The notes under the pieces were generated by a model that saw only the letters and a program-made list of their open reading frames with translations, had not been told where the DNA came from and searched no databases. The position numbers and the translations under genes are program-made. This document shows, one piece after another, positions 48,070 to 59,199 of a stretch of DNA of 64,000 nt. This DNA comes from Paramoeba atlantica. Lineage: Eukaryota > Protista > Discosea. Each line of letters begins with the position of its first letter. The first letter of the stretch is position 1. The DNA lies in NCBI GenBank assembly GCA_977017575.1, contig CDRNVI010000143.1:1-64000 (forward strand), read 5' to 3'.

Positions 48070-51000
48070 AACCCACCCAACTACACACACACACACAGGT
48101 GAGAGAGAGAGAACTCTGGAGAAAGAGAAAAGAAAAAAGATTAGTGTTAAAAAAGGAAGGAAGGGGAGGAGGGAAAGGGGAGGGATAAAATGAATGTGGT
48201 AATCTTTATAATACATGCACACATCATTGATATTTGACAAACAACCTCTCAATAATCGATAAGGGTTTAGGGTGTCCATTCACCTTGCAATCCAACACAC
48301 ACACAAACACTTTCGTGCACAACACTCTCAACACTCTCCAAGAGTGTGCTTTGGGAGAGCAAAACGTAGCCAGGACCAAAAAATGGAGCCCACACCAGCA
48401 AGTTAGAGAAAGGCACTGGTTTGTCAAAGTAAAATCATGCACAGTTAATCCCAACTACTTCCAAGGAGGAAACTCACGGGGGTTCCAGAGTTCCATCGAA
48501 AAATCCCAACTTCAAACCCAAAGAGAGACAACCAAAAAAAAAAAAACAGCGAAAAGGGTGTCCCCCCCTTGGTGTGTCCCTTCTGAGAAAAACAGAAACT
48601 GACTGGAGAAAGAAAGGGGTTTCATTGAATGGAGGGGGAAATATGAGGGGAAAAACACAAAGAAAAAGAATCAAAGAAAACATATATGACCAAAAACAAA
48701 CACTAAAACCCCCGATGAGATTCACAACAACAACAACATGATGGTGGAAGTGGGGTGATAGAGCACAGAGCAAGGGGGGGCATCCTCCGACAAACTCAAC
48801 AATCAGACATTAACAAAAACAAACTCTCAGTTTAAGTTCTCCTTTTATATTAAGAATTCTATGAATTTCCAACAAACATCTTAACAACAAAGGAACAATA
48901 CAACAGCAATTTGTGATGAAACACAAATAAAGACCATCCAAAACGCTCCCTAAACCCTTTTGGGAAAACCCGAAGGAAACACACAAAACAACACATCAAA
49001 TCAGGAAGCATCTTTGTGAGTCGCAACACACACACACACTTTGATATTTTTAACAAACAATAACAATCTCTCGATATATTGATAAAGGGTTTTAGGCTGT
49101 CCATTCACCTTACGATTGGTGGGGGGAGGGGATATGGCAGGAAGGAACTAAAAGGGAAAGAGAAAAGGAAAAGATTAGTGTTCAAAGGAATGAAGGAGGG
49201 ATAGAAGAAAAAAAAGAGGAAGAGAATAAAAGAAAACAAACATAACAGTTATGCAACGATGGTGGTGGAGATCAATGGCAATCTTTGTGACATATTTGAT
49301 AAACAATCTCTCGATATATTGATAATATTGGTGTCCATTCACTTTGCAATCCAACACACAAACCCTTACCTCAATTAAAACACCTCACAAACCTGATGAG
49401 AACTGAAAGAGAAAAGAGAAAAGAGAAAAAAGAAAAGAGAAAGGAAGGATTTCGTTCAGTTCAATGTAAGGGGGAAAAGGGAAGAAATACAAAGCAAAAC
49501 AAAAACAAAACAAAAACAAAAATAAAACCAATGAATTTTACAACAATATATTATTATAGAAGTTGGTGTGGATCAATTAAAACAAAAAAAAACAGAGAAC
49601 TGCCAGTTCAAAAAACAAAAAAAGAGAGAGAGAAAACCAGATGATTGTTTGGGGCTTTTGAAAAATTATTGTCGAATATTTTAGGAACAACACACGTCGT
49701 GAAACAGCAGCACACTTCCGGAACACAAGAAGTCAAGAAATTATCCAACAATAACAATGACATCTCTCTTTTTTTTTAAAAAAAAAAACATAATCAGGAA
49801 AAAAGAGAGAAAAGAGAGGGAAAAGAGAGGGAAAAGAGAGGGAAAAGAGGAAAGAAAAAGAAAACCAGAAAAGGAGAGTGAACACACAACAAAGCCTTTG
49901 AAGAAGAGAAACATGATTCTTTTTTTTAACAAATATATTTACTTGCTGATTACAAAACTCATCTCCCTTCGAAAAAAAAAATCAGTTTGGAACAACAATT
50001 AAAAGAAAAGAAAAAGAAAGAGAAAGAGAAAAAAGAAGAAAAGAAAGAAAAGAAAAGAAAACCAAAAAAAACATTGTAAAAACTGTTCAAACTAAGGAAA
50101 CAAAATTTTAGAATCTTATTTGGTGAGAAGAAAGAGAACAAAAAGGACACACCAAGAGGAGGGGGTAGGAGAAAACAAAAAGAAAACAGAAACAAAAAAG
50201 AAATGATCTATCAATCGTCAAACGAATGGAGAGAAAAGACAGTCAAACCAAAAAAAATCAAAACAACCACCTTTTATCATGAAAAGGAGGGGGGAAACAC
50301 AAAGAAGGAGGAGAATAAAAGAAAACAAAAAAAAAAGAAAACAAACACTAAACACCATGATTCGCAATAATAATAATTGGTAACGGCAAGATATTATCGC
50401 TTCAAACCTTATCAATTAAAACCCCAACAAACACCCACAAGCAAGAGAGAGAGAGAACTCTGGAGAAAGAGAAAAGAGAAAAGATTAGTGTTAAAAGGAA
50501 TGAGGGGGAGAGAGGGAGGAAAAAGAGGAAGAGAATAAAAGAAAACAAACCCTTCATATAACAATGCAACAATGATGGTGGAGATCAATGGTTTCTTTGT
50601 GACACACACTACTGATATATTGACAAACAATCTCTCTTAATATTGAGGCAATTCAACACACAAACACTTTTGCACGCAACAACAACACTCCCCAAGAGCT
50701 CTTTGCAACGCAACAGCAAAGTGTATTGCTTGATCATCACCCAAAACCCTTTCAATCAAGACCCACATCTTGAATGTGGGAATAGCAGCAGCAGGAATAA
50801 GTGGTTTTAAAATCCTTATCAATTAAAACACCTCACAAACCCTGATGAGAACTGAAAGAGAAAAGAGAAAAGAGAAAAGAGAAAAGAGAAAAGAGAAAGG
50901 ATTTCGTTCAGTTCGACGGAAAGAAATACAAAACAAAACAAAAACAAAACAAAAACAAAAATAAAACCAATGAATTTTATAATAATATATTATCGAGGTG

Positions 51001-51720
51001 GTGGATCAATCAAAACAAAAAAAAAAAACAGAGAACTGCTAGTTCAAAAAACAGAAAAAGAGAGAAGAAAGAGAAAGAAAACCAGATGATTGTTTGGGGT
51101 TTTTGAAAAATTATTGTCAAATATTCGGAACAACACACGTCATGAAACAGCAGCACACTTGCGTAACACAAGAAGTCAAAAAATCATCCATCAACAATGA
51201 TGACATTCTCTCTCTTTTAAAAAAAACATAATCAGGAAAAAAGAGATAAAAGAGAGAAGGAGAGAGGAAAGATAAAAGAAAACCAGAAAAGGAGAGCGAA
51301 CACACACAACAAAGCCATTGAAGAAAAGAAATACGATTCTTTTTTTTTAACAAATATATTTATTTCCTGATTACAAAACTCATTCTCCCTTTGAAAAAAA
51401 ATCAGTTTGGAACGACCAATTAAAAGAAAAGAAAAAAAAAAAAAAAAAAAAAGAAATGAAAGAAAAGAAAAGAACGGAAAAAAACTTGGTAAAAACTGTT
51501 CGAACCAAGGAAACAAAATTTCAGAATCTTATTTGGTGAGGAAAAAGAGAACAAAAAGTGCACCAAGAGGAGGGGGGCAGGAGGAAACAAAAAGAAAACA
51601 GAAACAAAAAAGAAATGATCCATTGTCGATCAAACGAACGGAGAGAAAAGAGAGAGAAAAGACGGTCAAACCAAAAAAAACAAAACGACCACCTTTTCAC
51701 GCGAAAAAGCAATTCATCAT
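48070..51720 (-). repeat. Mosaic of duplicated, degenerate intron-rich gene segments
   Basis: 49375-50400 matches 50823-51720. A module containing ACAAACAA..CTCTC..ATTGATAA recurs near 48236, 49062, 49297 and 50622. Stops occur in the frames examined. Confidence 0.75.
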
Positions 51721-51928
51721 TTATTTTTAGCACTCTAAAATATACGTCAGCCTTTTTACTACCTTTCGGCTTTGGAGTAGATGAATTTTTATATTTTATT
51801 TTTTATGTCTTTTTCAATAAAACGAAAATAACAAAAATACTCACAAGAAAATCTGATTCGATATTTTGCCGCCCAAAAATCTTTTATTTTTTGTCTTTTT
51901 TTGTTTTTCGCCTTGAAAAACATGCTGT

Positions 51929-54757
51929 TGCTTGTTCGGGGGAGGGTGATGAAGGGAGTCGCGGTCAGGGGGGCAAAGGGAAAAGACTTTTTTTTGCTTC
52001 TTTCAAACAACTCTTTTTTTGTTTTCTTTGTGTGTGTAAAAAAAAGAGAAAAAGAGTTGATCTTGATGAGGTGAGAGATCGCTTCAAAGACTACACGCGG
52101 AGAGAGGAAGGAAGAATTGTGGTGTGGATTGCTCAGAACATTATCCCTCCCCTATGTGATCAGGTTTTTCTTTGTTTCCTTTCAGTGTTTTTTTTTTTTT
52201 TTTGGTCCTTTCTCTCCTCTTTTCCCCCCCTTTTTTTTTGGTTTTTGATCTCTTTTCCTTTTGTTTGTGTGTCTTTTGTTTGTGTGTGTCTTTTGTTTGT
52301 GTGTCTTTTGTTCGCCACCCTAAACCCTTGTTTGTCACACTTGTTTTCGTCATGTTTATTTTTCCTTTCTTGGGTATCATGATGGATGAGGTTTGAGATG
52401 TGGTTCTCTTCATCCTTTTGTTTGTCTTGTCTTTTTTATTTGTTCTTCTTTCTTTGTTCTTTTGTTCGTTCTTTTCTTTGTCTTTTTGTGTCCTCTTTGC
52501 TCTTCCTTTCCCCCCTTTTCCCCCTTCCCTTTCACTCTCCCTTCCCTAAACCCTTTTCTGTTGCGAACCCCTACCTTGTTCTGTTGTCTTCTATTCATTT
52601 TGAAGTCTTTCTCACTGCTCTTTCCTGTCGAATCTCCCCCGTCGATTCTCCCCTCTTCTGTTTTTCTCCTGTCTCCTTTCTTACCTTTTCCTCAAAAATT
52701 TGTTTTCTCACTTTGATTGTTCTTTCTTATTTGGAGTGTTTTCCTCTTTTGTGTTTTTCCCTCTCTTTTGTCTTTCGTTGGTGCTCTCTGTGCTCCTTCA
52801 ACAACAACAACCCTGCCTGCTGTGTTTTGATTCATCCTTTTGTTTTTTGCTACATTTGATTTTTTTCTGTGTTTTCTCTCTTTGAATATTTTCTCTTTTG
52901 TTCAAAACCCTATTCTTTCTTTTGTTGTTGTTGTTCCTTTTATTTGATATAAACCACACCTTCTGCTTTTTCGATTTGATCTTTGGATTGACTTTCGTTT
53001 ATTGTTTTGTTGTTTTTCTGTGGAGATCTCATCAATCCTGACATTTTCCCTTTCCCCTCCCCCCCAAATCTTCGCTTCCCCCTCTTTTCCTTTTCTCTTT
53101 TGTTGATATCTCCCCATCTTTACTCTAATAACCTTATTCTCTTTCTTCTCTCTTTCTAAACCTTTTTTTCTTTCAATAGAGTGTAGTTGTGGGGCAGAGG
53201 AAGTTTTTCTCCTAATTTGTCATCATTGCAATCTTTTTCTCTTTCTTTTTTTTCAATCTCTTTTTTGCAAGTACTTTTTTCTTTTTTTTTTCATTTTCTC
53301 TTTCTCTTTCTCTCTTTTAAAGAAATAAAATAGAATGATCAATTATTGCTTGTTCGGGGGAGGGTGATGGAGGGAGTCAAAGTTAGGGGGGCGGCAAGGG
53401 GAAGAGACTTTTTTTTGCTTCTTTCATCAAACAACTCTTTTTTTGTTTTCTTTGTGTGTGTAAAAAAAAGAGAAAAAGAGTTGATCTTGATGAGGTGAGA
53501 GATTGCTTCAAAAACCACACGCGGAGAGAGAGGAAGGAAGAATTGTGGTGTGGATTGCTCAGAACATTATCCCTCCCCTATGTGATCAGGTTTTTCTTCT
53601 TTGTTTCCTCTCAGTGTTTTTTTTTTTTGTTTTGGTCCTTTCTCTCCTCTTCTCCCCCCTTTCCTTTTTTTTTTGGGTTTTTGATTTCTTTTCCTTTTGT
53701 TTGTGTGTCTTTTGTTCGCTACCCTAAACCCTTGTTCGTCACACTTGTTTTCGTCATGTTTATTTTTCCTTTCTTGGGTATCATGATGGATGAGGCTTGA
53801 GATGCGGTTCTCTTCATCCTTTTGTTTGTCTTGTCTTTTTTATTTGTTCTTCTTTCTTTGTTCTTTTGTTCGTTCTTTTCTTTATTGTCTTTTTGTGTCC
53901 TCTTTGCTCTTCCTTTTTCCCCTTTTTCCCCTTTCCCTTTCCACCTTATTCTGTATTTCAAACCTCTACCTTGTTCTGTTGTCTTCTATTCATTTTGAAG
54001 TCTTTCTCACTGCTCTTTCCTGTCGAATCTCCCCCTGGTTGATTCTCCCCTCTTTTGTTTTTCTCCTGTCTCCTTTCTTACCTTTTCCTCAAAAATTTGT
54101 GTTTTCTTCTCACTTTGATTGTTCTTTCTTATTTGGAGTGTTTTCCTCTTTTGTGTTTTTCCCTCTCTTTTGTCTTTCGTTGGTGCTCCTTCAACAACAA
54201 CAACCCTGCCTGCTGTGTTTTGATTCATCCTTTTGTTTTTTGTCACAATTGATTTTTTTCTGTGTTTTCTCTCTTTGAATATTTTCTCTTTTGTTCAAAA
54301 CCCTATTCTTTCTTTCTTTCTTTTGTTGTTCCTTTTATTTGATATAAACCACACCTTCTGCTTTTTTTCAATTTGATCTTTGGATTGACTTTCATTTATT
54401 GTTTTGTTGTTTATTTTCTGTGGGGATCTCATCAATCCTCTGACATTTTCCCTTTCCCCCCCTCCCCTCCCCCCCCCCAAATCTTCACTTCTCCCCTCTT
54501 TTCCTTTTCTCTTTCGTTGATATCTCCCCATCTTTACTCTAATAACCTTATTCTCTCTCTTCTCTCTTTTTAAATCTTTTTTTCTTTCAATAGAGTGTAG
54601 TTGTGGGGCAGAAGAAGTTTTTCTCCCCAAATTTGTCGTCATTGCAATCTTTTTCTCTCTCTTTTTTTTCAATCTCTTTTGCAAGTACTTTTTTCTTTTT
54701 TTTTCATTTTCTTTTCTCTTTCTCTCTTTTAAAGAAATAAAATAGAATGACCAATTG
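51929..54757 (+). repeat. Direct tandem duplication, ~1.42 kb unit (51929-53347 and 53348-54757), with exon-like blocks
   Basis: TGCTTGTTCGGGG(G)AGGGTGATG starts both copies, and both end AAAGAAATAAAATAGAATGA. Exon-like RVDLDEVRDRFKDYTRREEGRIVVWIAQNIIPPLCDQ is followed by a GT donor; copy 2 is frameshifted there. Confidence 0.88.
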
Positions 54758-55144
54758 CTGCTGCTGCTGTGTTGTTGTTGTGGTCAGATGTCAACTATCA
54801 CCCCATCTGCCTCTCCCCGAACAAAAATATCATTGCTTTTTGGAGTCATTTTTGAGTGCTGCTAAATCAGGTTTACTTCTTTTATGGTAATTAGTTGTTG
54901 TTGATTAATTATTTATTGTTCTTTGTTTGTTCTTTGTGTGAAATTCTTATATATGAAAATTATTAATATTTTGGGGATGATTATTTATTGTTAATATTTA
55001 ACATGTTATTTTTCTGTATTATCAATCCATTTTTATTAAGGTTTTGCTTTCATATATTTGTTGCTCTTGAATAATATAACACCTCTCTTTGTTTTGGTTT
55101 GATTCCTGGTTGGTTCTTATTTTTTAATTTTTTATTTTTTTTTT

Positions 55145-56480
55145 GGGAGTCAAAATCCAGACTTTTGATCGATTTATTTTTGGGTTCAATTCTTGATTGG
55201 TTCATATTTTTTTTTTAATTTTTTTTGGGGAGTCAAAATCCTTCTGTGACGAGAATTTTGATCGATTTATTTTTGGGTTCAATTTTTCATTGGTTCATAT
55301 TTTTTTTTTTAATTTTTTTGGGGAGTCAAAATCCTTCTGTGACGAGAATTTTGATCAATTTATTTTTGGGTTCAATTCTTCATTGGTTCATATTTTTTTT
55401 TTAATTTTTTTGGGGAGTCAAAATCCTTCTGTGACGAGAATTTTGATCGATTTATTTTTGGGTTCAATTTTTCATTGGTTCATATTTTTTTTTAATTTTT
55501 TTTTGGGGAGTCAAAATCCTTCTGTGACGAGAATTTTGATCAATTTATTTTTGGGTTCAATTTTTCATTGGTTCATATTTTTTTTTTTTAATTTTTTTGG
55601 GGAGTCAAAATCCTTCTGTGACGAGAATTTTGATCGATTTATTTTTGGGTTCAATTCTTCATTGGTTCATATTTTTTTTTTTTTAATTTTTTTGGGGAGT
55701 CAAAATCCTTCTGTGACGAGAATTTTGATCAATTTATTTTTCATTCAATTCTTAATTGGTTCATATTTTTTTTAATTTTTTTTTGGGGAGTCAAAATCCT
55801 TCTGTGACGAGAATTTTAATCGATTTATTTTCACACCAGGCTGGCTAAACCCTATGCACTTTGAGTCATGAATTTATCAATCATCCAAATCAACCCTGTT
55901 TATTCCTTTCAAACCTGCAAAAAAAATCATGTCCATATCAGTTTTTTTGGTTTTTTTTTTTGATTCACCACTCTTTTTTGTTTTTTTCTTGTGTTTTGAG
56001 TTTCAGAAAAGTTGAAAGATGAGAGAGAAACAAGATTTGTTCTTCTTTTTTTCAAGTTTTTTTTGTAAGCTTTGTTGTTTTTTTGGTTTGGGAGTCTTCT
56101 TGTATCTTCTTGTGTTTTTTTCTTTCATTTTTTTATCTTTTCAAGAGAAAACAAGGTTTTTGTGTTTTTTGAAATTCTAAAAATGAATTTTTTTTTTGTG
56201 TTTGGCTGGATTCTGAGTATTTTGTTTTTTGGAATTCCGAAAAAGAAAGATTGTTTTTCAGAATTCTAATTTTCAAAGGTTTGTTCAAAATTGAGTTGGA
56301 ACTGTTTATTTGCTAAGGTGGAACTTTTTTTTTGAGGCCTTGAATGGAAGTGACAGGGTTAGTTTGGATGATTGATAAATTCACAACTCGAGGTGCATAG
56401 TTTAGCCAGCCTGGAGTGATGGGTTCAATTCTTGATTGGTTCATATTTTTTTTTTTTTTTTTGGAGAGATCAAAAATCCT
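55145..56480. repeat. ~93-bp tandem satellite (8 GGGAGTCAAAATCC anchors plus a partial unit after the insertion)
   Basis: Anchors lie near 55145, 55227, 55320, 55412, 55505, 55599, 55694 and 55785. The array resumes with TGGGTTCAATTCTTGATTGG at 56420. Confidence 0.92.
55832..56418. mobile_element. 587-bp MITE-like element with ~90-bp imperfect TIRs and CAC...GTG termini
   Basis: Left end CACACCAGGCTGGCTAAAC..GAATTTATCAATCATCCAAA..AACCCTGT matches the reverse complement of the right end, CACTCCAGGCTGGCTAAAC..GAATTTATCAATCATCCAAA..AACCCTGT. It interrupts a satellite unit; no TSD is visible. Confidence 0.85.
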
Positions 56481-56987
56481 TCATTTTTTTTCTTTTTTTT
56501 TTCTCATATTATTTTTTTTTTATTTAAAGGTGAATTATTGAGTGAACTTTATGGATTTCACTTTTCTTCTTGTTATGTTAAGCTGTTTTGCTTTTTCTTC
56601 TATTGTATTAATTGAACCTTGTGTTGGTTACTATTATCAAAAGAAAGAGAAGAATAGATTAAAATCTTTTCTATTGTATTATTTCCTTTTTTTTTTATGT
56701 TTTTTGTTGACCTTTTTTTTGTTTGAATTTTTTTCTTTTTTCTTTTTTCTTTCTTTAAATCCTTCTTATTTCTCTTTCAACTTGTTTTCTATTTTTTTTT
56801 TTTCTTTTTAATTTTTTTCAATTGTTTTTTTTAAAAAAATAATAAATAATTTTTCAAAATAAATTGAATGAATTTATTTTTTCAATTTTTTTAAGAAACC
56901 ATTTTCTTTCTCTTACAACCATTTATTTTAAATAAAAATCTTTTCTTTAAAGAAAAATAAAAAAAAAGAAGAAATTTTAAGTTGCAG

Positions 56988-57117
56988 GAAAACCTAATGT
57001 TGCAAAAAGACTTTTTAAAAAAAATATTGATTTAAAGGGAGTAAAGAGCCTAAACCTATAAAATAATAGGTTGAACTGGGCAAGAGCTATAAACCCTAAA
57101 CCCTAAACCCTAATTAG
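56988..57117 (+). repeat. Internal copy of the telomere-junction segment ending in three telomeric repeats
   Basis: Matches 987-1122 and ends AAACCCTAAACCCTAAACCCTAATTAG (57091-57117). Confidence 0.93.
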
Positions 57118-57169
57118 AGGAACAAGAAGAGGAACAAGAGGAAGAAGAAGAGGAAGAAGAGGAAGAGGG

Positions 57170-58150
57170 CAGAGAGTCATTCTTTTGATTTTTTCCACAA
57201 AACCTTCAAAAAAGATTCTTCAACCAAATCACATTTGTGGGCAAAACAACCCAGCTGCACACAAGGGGACTTTCAATCTCTTTCGATAATTCCTGCACCA
57301 CACTCCGATTCACATTGGTGTGGTCCCCCATGACACCACAGAATGAAGAAAGAGACAGAGATTGGACAAATTCCTGTGTCTCTGGAAATTCCTTTGCGAG
57401 ATTTTGCATCTCTTGGAGCATTGTTGTTATCTCCTCAGCAACTGACTTTCCATCATGGTTCACATGTTCGTTGAGGCCAAGGAAAATTCTGTCTTTCTGG
57501 GTTTGGGCAGCAAGACCCAAAAGGATTCCGCTGGAGCATCTTGCCATTTGATGGCACCACACGTAGGAAACCTTTTCGCAAAGGAGATCGAGGAATTGAC
57601 TCCAGATACGAACCTTCAATAAATGTTGGATTATCAAGCGGAAAATTAATCCTCTCATCCAGAACAATGTGGGCCAAACACACCTGAAGAGTTCGCCAGT
57701 CACACCTCTTCTGCCAGAGTTCCAGACCTCGACCACGAATCTTACGATTAATACTCGACTCAATCCGTGAGCGTGAGGTAGGTGCAAACTTCCCAGGGAT
57801 GTTGCCGAAGAAACCTTCATGCTTTTTGAGCAAGATTATCAGAAGTGCGACAAAACTCACAAAACTGAAAAACAAATTGATAATGCTTTTTGTTGCAGAG
57901 AAACATCGCTTCAACAGAGGCCATTTTTTTTCGAAAAAATTCCAAAAGAATGGAAACAGAAAAATGAACCAAGTGACAACCATTGCTCTGGCGACTTTAT
58001 TACGTCCCCACACCTGGACCCAATTGCGAGTGGACTTTCACTGATTTTGACCAATCCCAAACACAAATCCAAAAAGAAGAGGCAAATCAAGTGTCAAAAA
58101 AGACCTCTTCTTTTCGCACCCTCAAAAAGGCTGGTGCGCAATCTTGCTAC
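57170..58150 (-). pseudogene. hAT-like DDE transposase relic with CxxH motif
   Basis: IFLGLNEHVNHDGKSVAEEITTMLQEM...FCGVMGDHTNVNRSVVQEL is followed, after a frameshift, by QLGCFAHKCDLVEESF (CFAH at 57237-57248). The upstream part is frameshifted and the C-terminal half is absent. Confidence 0.68.
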
Positions 58151-58966
58151 GGGTCCAGGCTAAAAGAAGAGAAAAAACCTTTGAAAGGGCAAATTGACAA
58201 AGTCGCTCGCTCTAAAAAAAAAAGAAAAAGAAAAAGAAAAAGGAAAGGAAGAAAAAAGAAAAAAAGAAAAAGAAAAAGAAAAGAAAAGAAAAAGAGAAAA
58301 AAAGAAAGAAAAAAGGAAAGGAAAAAAAAGGAAAAAAAAAGGAAAAAAAGGGGAAAAAAGAGAAAAAAAGAGCGAGACCAAGCTCAAAAAAAAAGAAATA
58401 GAAAAGAAAAAGAAAAAGAAAAAAGAAAAAAGAAAAAGAAAAAAAAGAAAAAAAAAGAAAAAAAAAGAAAAAAAAAGAAAAAAAAAGAAAAAAAAAGAAA
58501 AAAAAAGAAAAAAAAGAAAAAAAAGAAAAAAAAGGAGAGAGAAAGAGAGAGAAAAACCTTTGGTCAACAAAGAATCAGTTCAACTCAAACCAGTTAAAAA
58601 AAAGAAATAAAAAAAGAAGAGAAAAAACGTTTGAAAGAGCAAATTGACGAAGTAGAAAAAAAGAAAAAGAAAAAGAAAAGAAAAAAAAAGAAAAAAAGAA
58701 AAAAAAAAAAAGAAAAAAAAGGAAAAAAAGAAAAGAGAAAGAAAGAGAGAAAACCTTTGAGCAACAAAGAAGCAGTTCAGTTCAGACCAAGTTCAAAAAA
58801 AAAAAAAAAAAAAAAGAGAAGAGAAAAAGAGAGAGAAAAAGAAGAGAAAAAACCACCTTTGAAAAGAAAAAAAGAAAAGAAAGAAGGAAAAAGAAAAAAA
58901 GAAAAAAAGAAAAAAAGAAAAAAAGAAAAAAAAAAAGAAAAAAAAGAAAAAAAAAGAAAAAAAAGG

Positions 58967-58976
58967 AAAAAAAAAA
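58967..58976 (-). terminator. Pol III T-run terminator downstream of tRNA-Lys
   Basis: T10 on the minus strand, 1 nt after the discriminator base. Confidence 0.75.
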
Positions 58977-58977
58977 C

Positions 58978-59050
58978 AGCCCCCGGCGGGGCTCGAACCC
59001 GCGGCCACTAGATTAAGAGTCTAGCGCTCTACCGACTGAGCTACGGAGGC
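58978..59050 (-). tRNA. trnK-CTT: tRNA-Lys(CTT)
   Basis: GCCTCCGTAGCTCAGTCGGTAGAGCGCTAGACTCTTAATCTAGTGGCCGCGGGTTCGAGCCCCGCCGGGGGCT: acceptor GCCTCCG/CGGGGGC, anticodon stem CTAGA/TCTAG with loop CTCTTAA, and T-loop GTTCGA. Confidence 0.97.
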
Positions 59051-59199
59051 AATTTGATAAAAATCGGAAAAAAAAATGGGTTTAAAAAGGATTGGGGGAG
59101 ATACGACACCACCACCACGAAAACCTCCCCCCCCCCTTTCCTTCAAGTCACCAACCAAATGAAAAATAATTGTGGAAATTATGTATTTTGGCAATATGT

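Noticed and set aside
55145-55831. CRISPR-like array
   Set aside because: Whole units are repeated with no unique spacers, the context is eukaryotic, and no cas genes are present.
27986-55852. Scattered CCCTAAACCC telo-box motifs (e.g. near 27986, 34819-34842, 35089, 48949, 52318, 53721) as regulatory sites
   Set aside because: They are short, several coincide with branch-point or acceptor sequences or duplicated exons, and there is no positional pattern relative to gene starts.
37036-57118. 13-bp inverted repeat TCTAATTAGGGTT (37036-37048 and 57106-57118) as TIRs of a 20-kb element
   Set aside because: A match this short is expected by chance in 64 kb of AT-rich DNA, it overlaps a telomere-like motif, and there is no TSD.
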